Origin: Callorhinchus milii
Taxonomy: Eukaryota
DNA: 64,000 nucleotides
NCBI RefSeq assembly: GCF_018977255.1
Contig: NW_024704742.1
Coordinates: 138,820,001-138,884,000 of the forward strand
Reading direction: 5' to 3'
Of the stretch, positions 62,550 through 64,000 are shown piece after piece; position 1 is the stretch's first letter, and every line of letters begins with the position of its first letter. The notes under the pieces were generated by a model. That model had not been told where the DNA came from, searched no databases, and worked only from the letters and a program-made list of their open reading frames with translations. Position numbers and translations under genes: made by a program.

Positions 62550-64000
62550 TCTTCACATCAAATGCCAAGTGCGAGGAGGTCATGGACTTCTTTTCAACTA
62601 AAGTAATATCCGTCAGGCAGCCTCATCCTCCTGCCTCGTCAACCACCACCACCCCCTCTCCGTCCCCTCACCCTCCCCATCATCAGCTCCTACCATGACC
62701 CCCATCCTACATTCCTTCCTCCCCATCTCCCTCCTCCCTCTCACCCACCATCACCTCAATGAAACCCACCACCTGCTGTCTCGACCCCCTCACCACCAAC
62801 TTGCTGGTCACACAGCTCCCCCGCCTCTACCCACTACTGGCTGACAACATCAACTAGTCCCTCTCCTCTGGATCAGTCCTTTCCTCAAACCTGCTGTCAT
62901 CAGCTCCCCTCTTGAAAAAACCCTCCCTAGATCCCTCAAACCCCAGCCACTACCGCCCTATTTCTAACCTGCCCATCCTTGTCAGAGTTCTAGAACGCGT
63001 TGTTGCCAATCAACTTCGCACACACTTCTCCTCCCACTCCCTCTTGGGGATGTCATCCGCAGACATGGGGTACGTTTCCACACGTACGCAGACGACACCC
63101 AACTCTACTTTTCCACCTCTCTTTGCGNCCCCCCAGTCCCCTGATGTTCTCCTGTCAGATCTCAGGGGTTGGATGAGCACAAACTTCCTTCAGCTGAACA
63201 TTGACAAGACGGAAGCCATACTCTTCGGCTCTCATCAACGTCTAAAATCTCACGGTTCTCACCTCCTCCACCGACCCGACCTCCCCCTAAAACTCTCCGA
63301 ACCCGTACGCAACCCAGGCGTCAGGTTCGACCCCCAAATATCCTTCCTCCCCCACATCCGGTCCCTCACCAGCACCGCTTTTTTCCACCTCCAACGCATC
63401 GCCCGTCTCCGCCAATACCTTCCTCCAAAAGCTGCTGAATCCCTGGTCCAGGCCTTTGTCACTTCTCGGCTGCACTACTCTAACGCCCTCCTCACCGGTC
63501 TCACCCTCCACTGCCATCCATAAAAACCAGGTCATCCAGAACTCTGCCGCCCGCATTCTCACCCGCCCCAAACCCCACTCCCCCCAGTCCTGGCCCTCCC
63601 CTCCACCCCCAAACCCCACTCCCCGATCTCCCCCAGTCCTGGCCGGACTGCACTGGCTGCCTATCCCAGAGAGGATCGATTTCAAGATCCTCACCCTTGT
63701 CTTCAAATCCCTCCACTCCTCTGCCCCCCCCCCCCCCCCCCAACCTCTCTGACCTCCTCTCTCCTCAAAACAATACCCGTTGCCTTGGTTCCTCCAGGTC
63801 TGCCCTCCTCCTCGTCCCCCTCCTCCTCCGCTCCACCCTCGGCGGCCGTGCCTTCAGCCACTACGCCCCGAGGCTCTGGAACTCCCTTCCTCACTCACTT
63901 CACCCCCTCTCTTCCTACTTTCAGGTCTCGGCTGAAGAGCTTTCTTTTCGACCGCGCCTTTGGTCACCTTCTTCCCCTCCCCCGGGATCCGTTACTGTGA
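62550..64000 (+). mobile_element. L2 ORF2 fragment with large internal RT deletion, running to the window end
   Basis: ORF 62912..63523 ([21 protein letters not shown], then directly YADD-region and NFLQLNIDKTE). Confidence 0.85.

Noticed and set aside
63128..63128. Ambiguous base n
   Set aside because: Single assembly ambiguity inside an L2; not biological, though it may mark a local join

Overview
Eukaryotic (vertebrate) genomic DNA. The repeat complement (CR1 and L2 LINEs, tRNA-derived SINEs) suggests a cartilaginous fish, which is an inference. The host gene is an NIPBL (Nipped-B/Scc2 cohesin loader) family gene on the minus strand. Sixteen consecutive GT-AG coding exons lie at 20540-61363 (1875 nt, 625 aa, in frame, HEAT-repeat region). 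From recalled human structure these match exons ~19-34. No further NIPBL exon was found in 1-20539 or 61364-64000. The introns consist mostly of nested retroelements: near-full-length CR1s (zinc-finger/coiled-coil/SGNH-esterase ORF1, APE+RT ORF2), young L2s with 5-bp TSDs, two SINE families, a Gypsy-type LTR with a tRNA-Leu PBS, and several minisatellites derived from retroelements. No prokaryotic-type system (CRISPR etc.) is present. The most interesting points are: (1) long, near-identical inverted duplications of a dead CR1 bracketing NIPBL exon blocks; (2) a CR1 5' end with a duplicated unit around CCAAT/TATA boxes, shared by two CR1 lineages; (3) a duplicated NIPBL splice donor; (4) an orphan antisense micro-exon candidate; (5) a recurrent tandem-repeat birth site in L2. 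Repeat boundaries are approximate; exon boundaries were read base by base.
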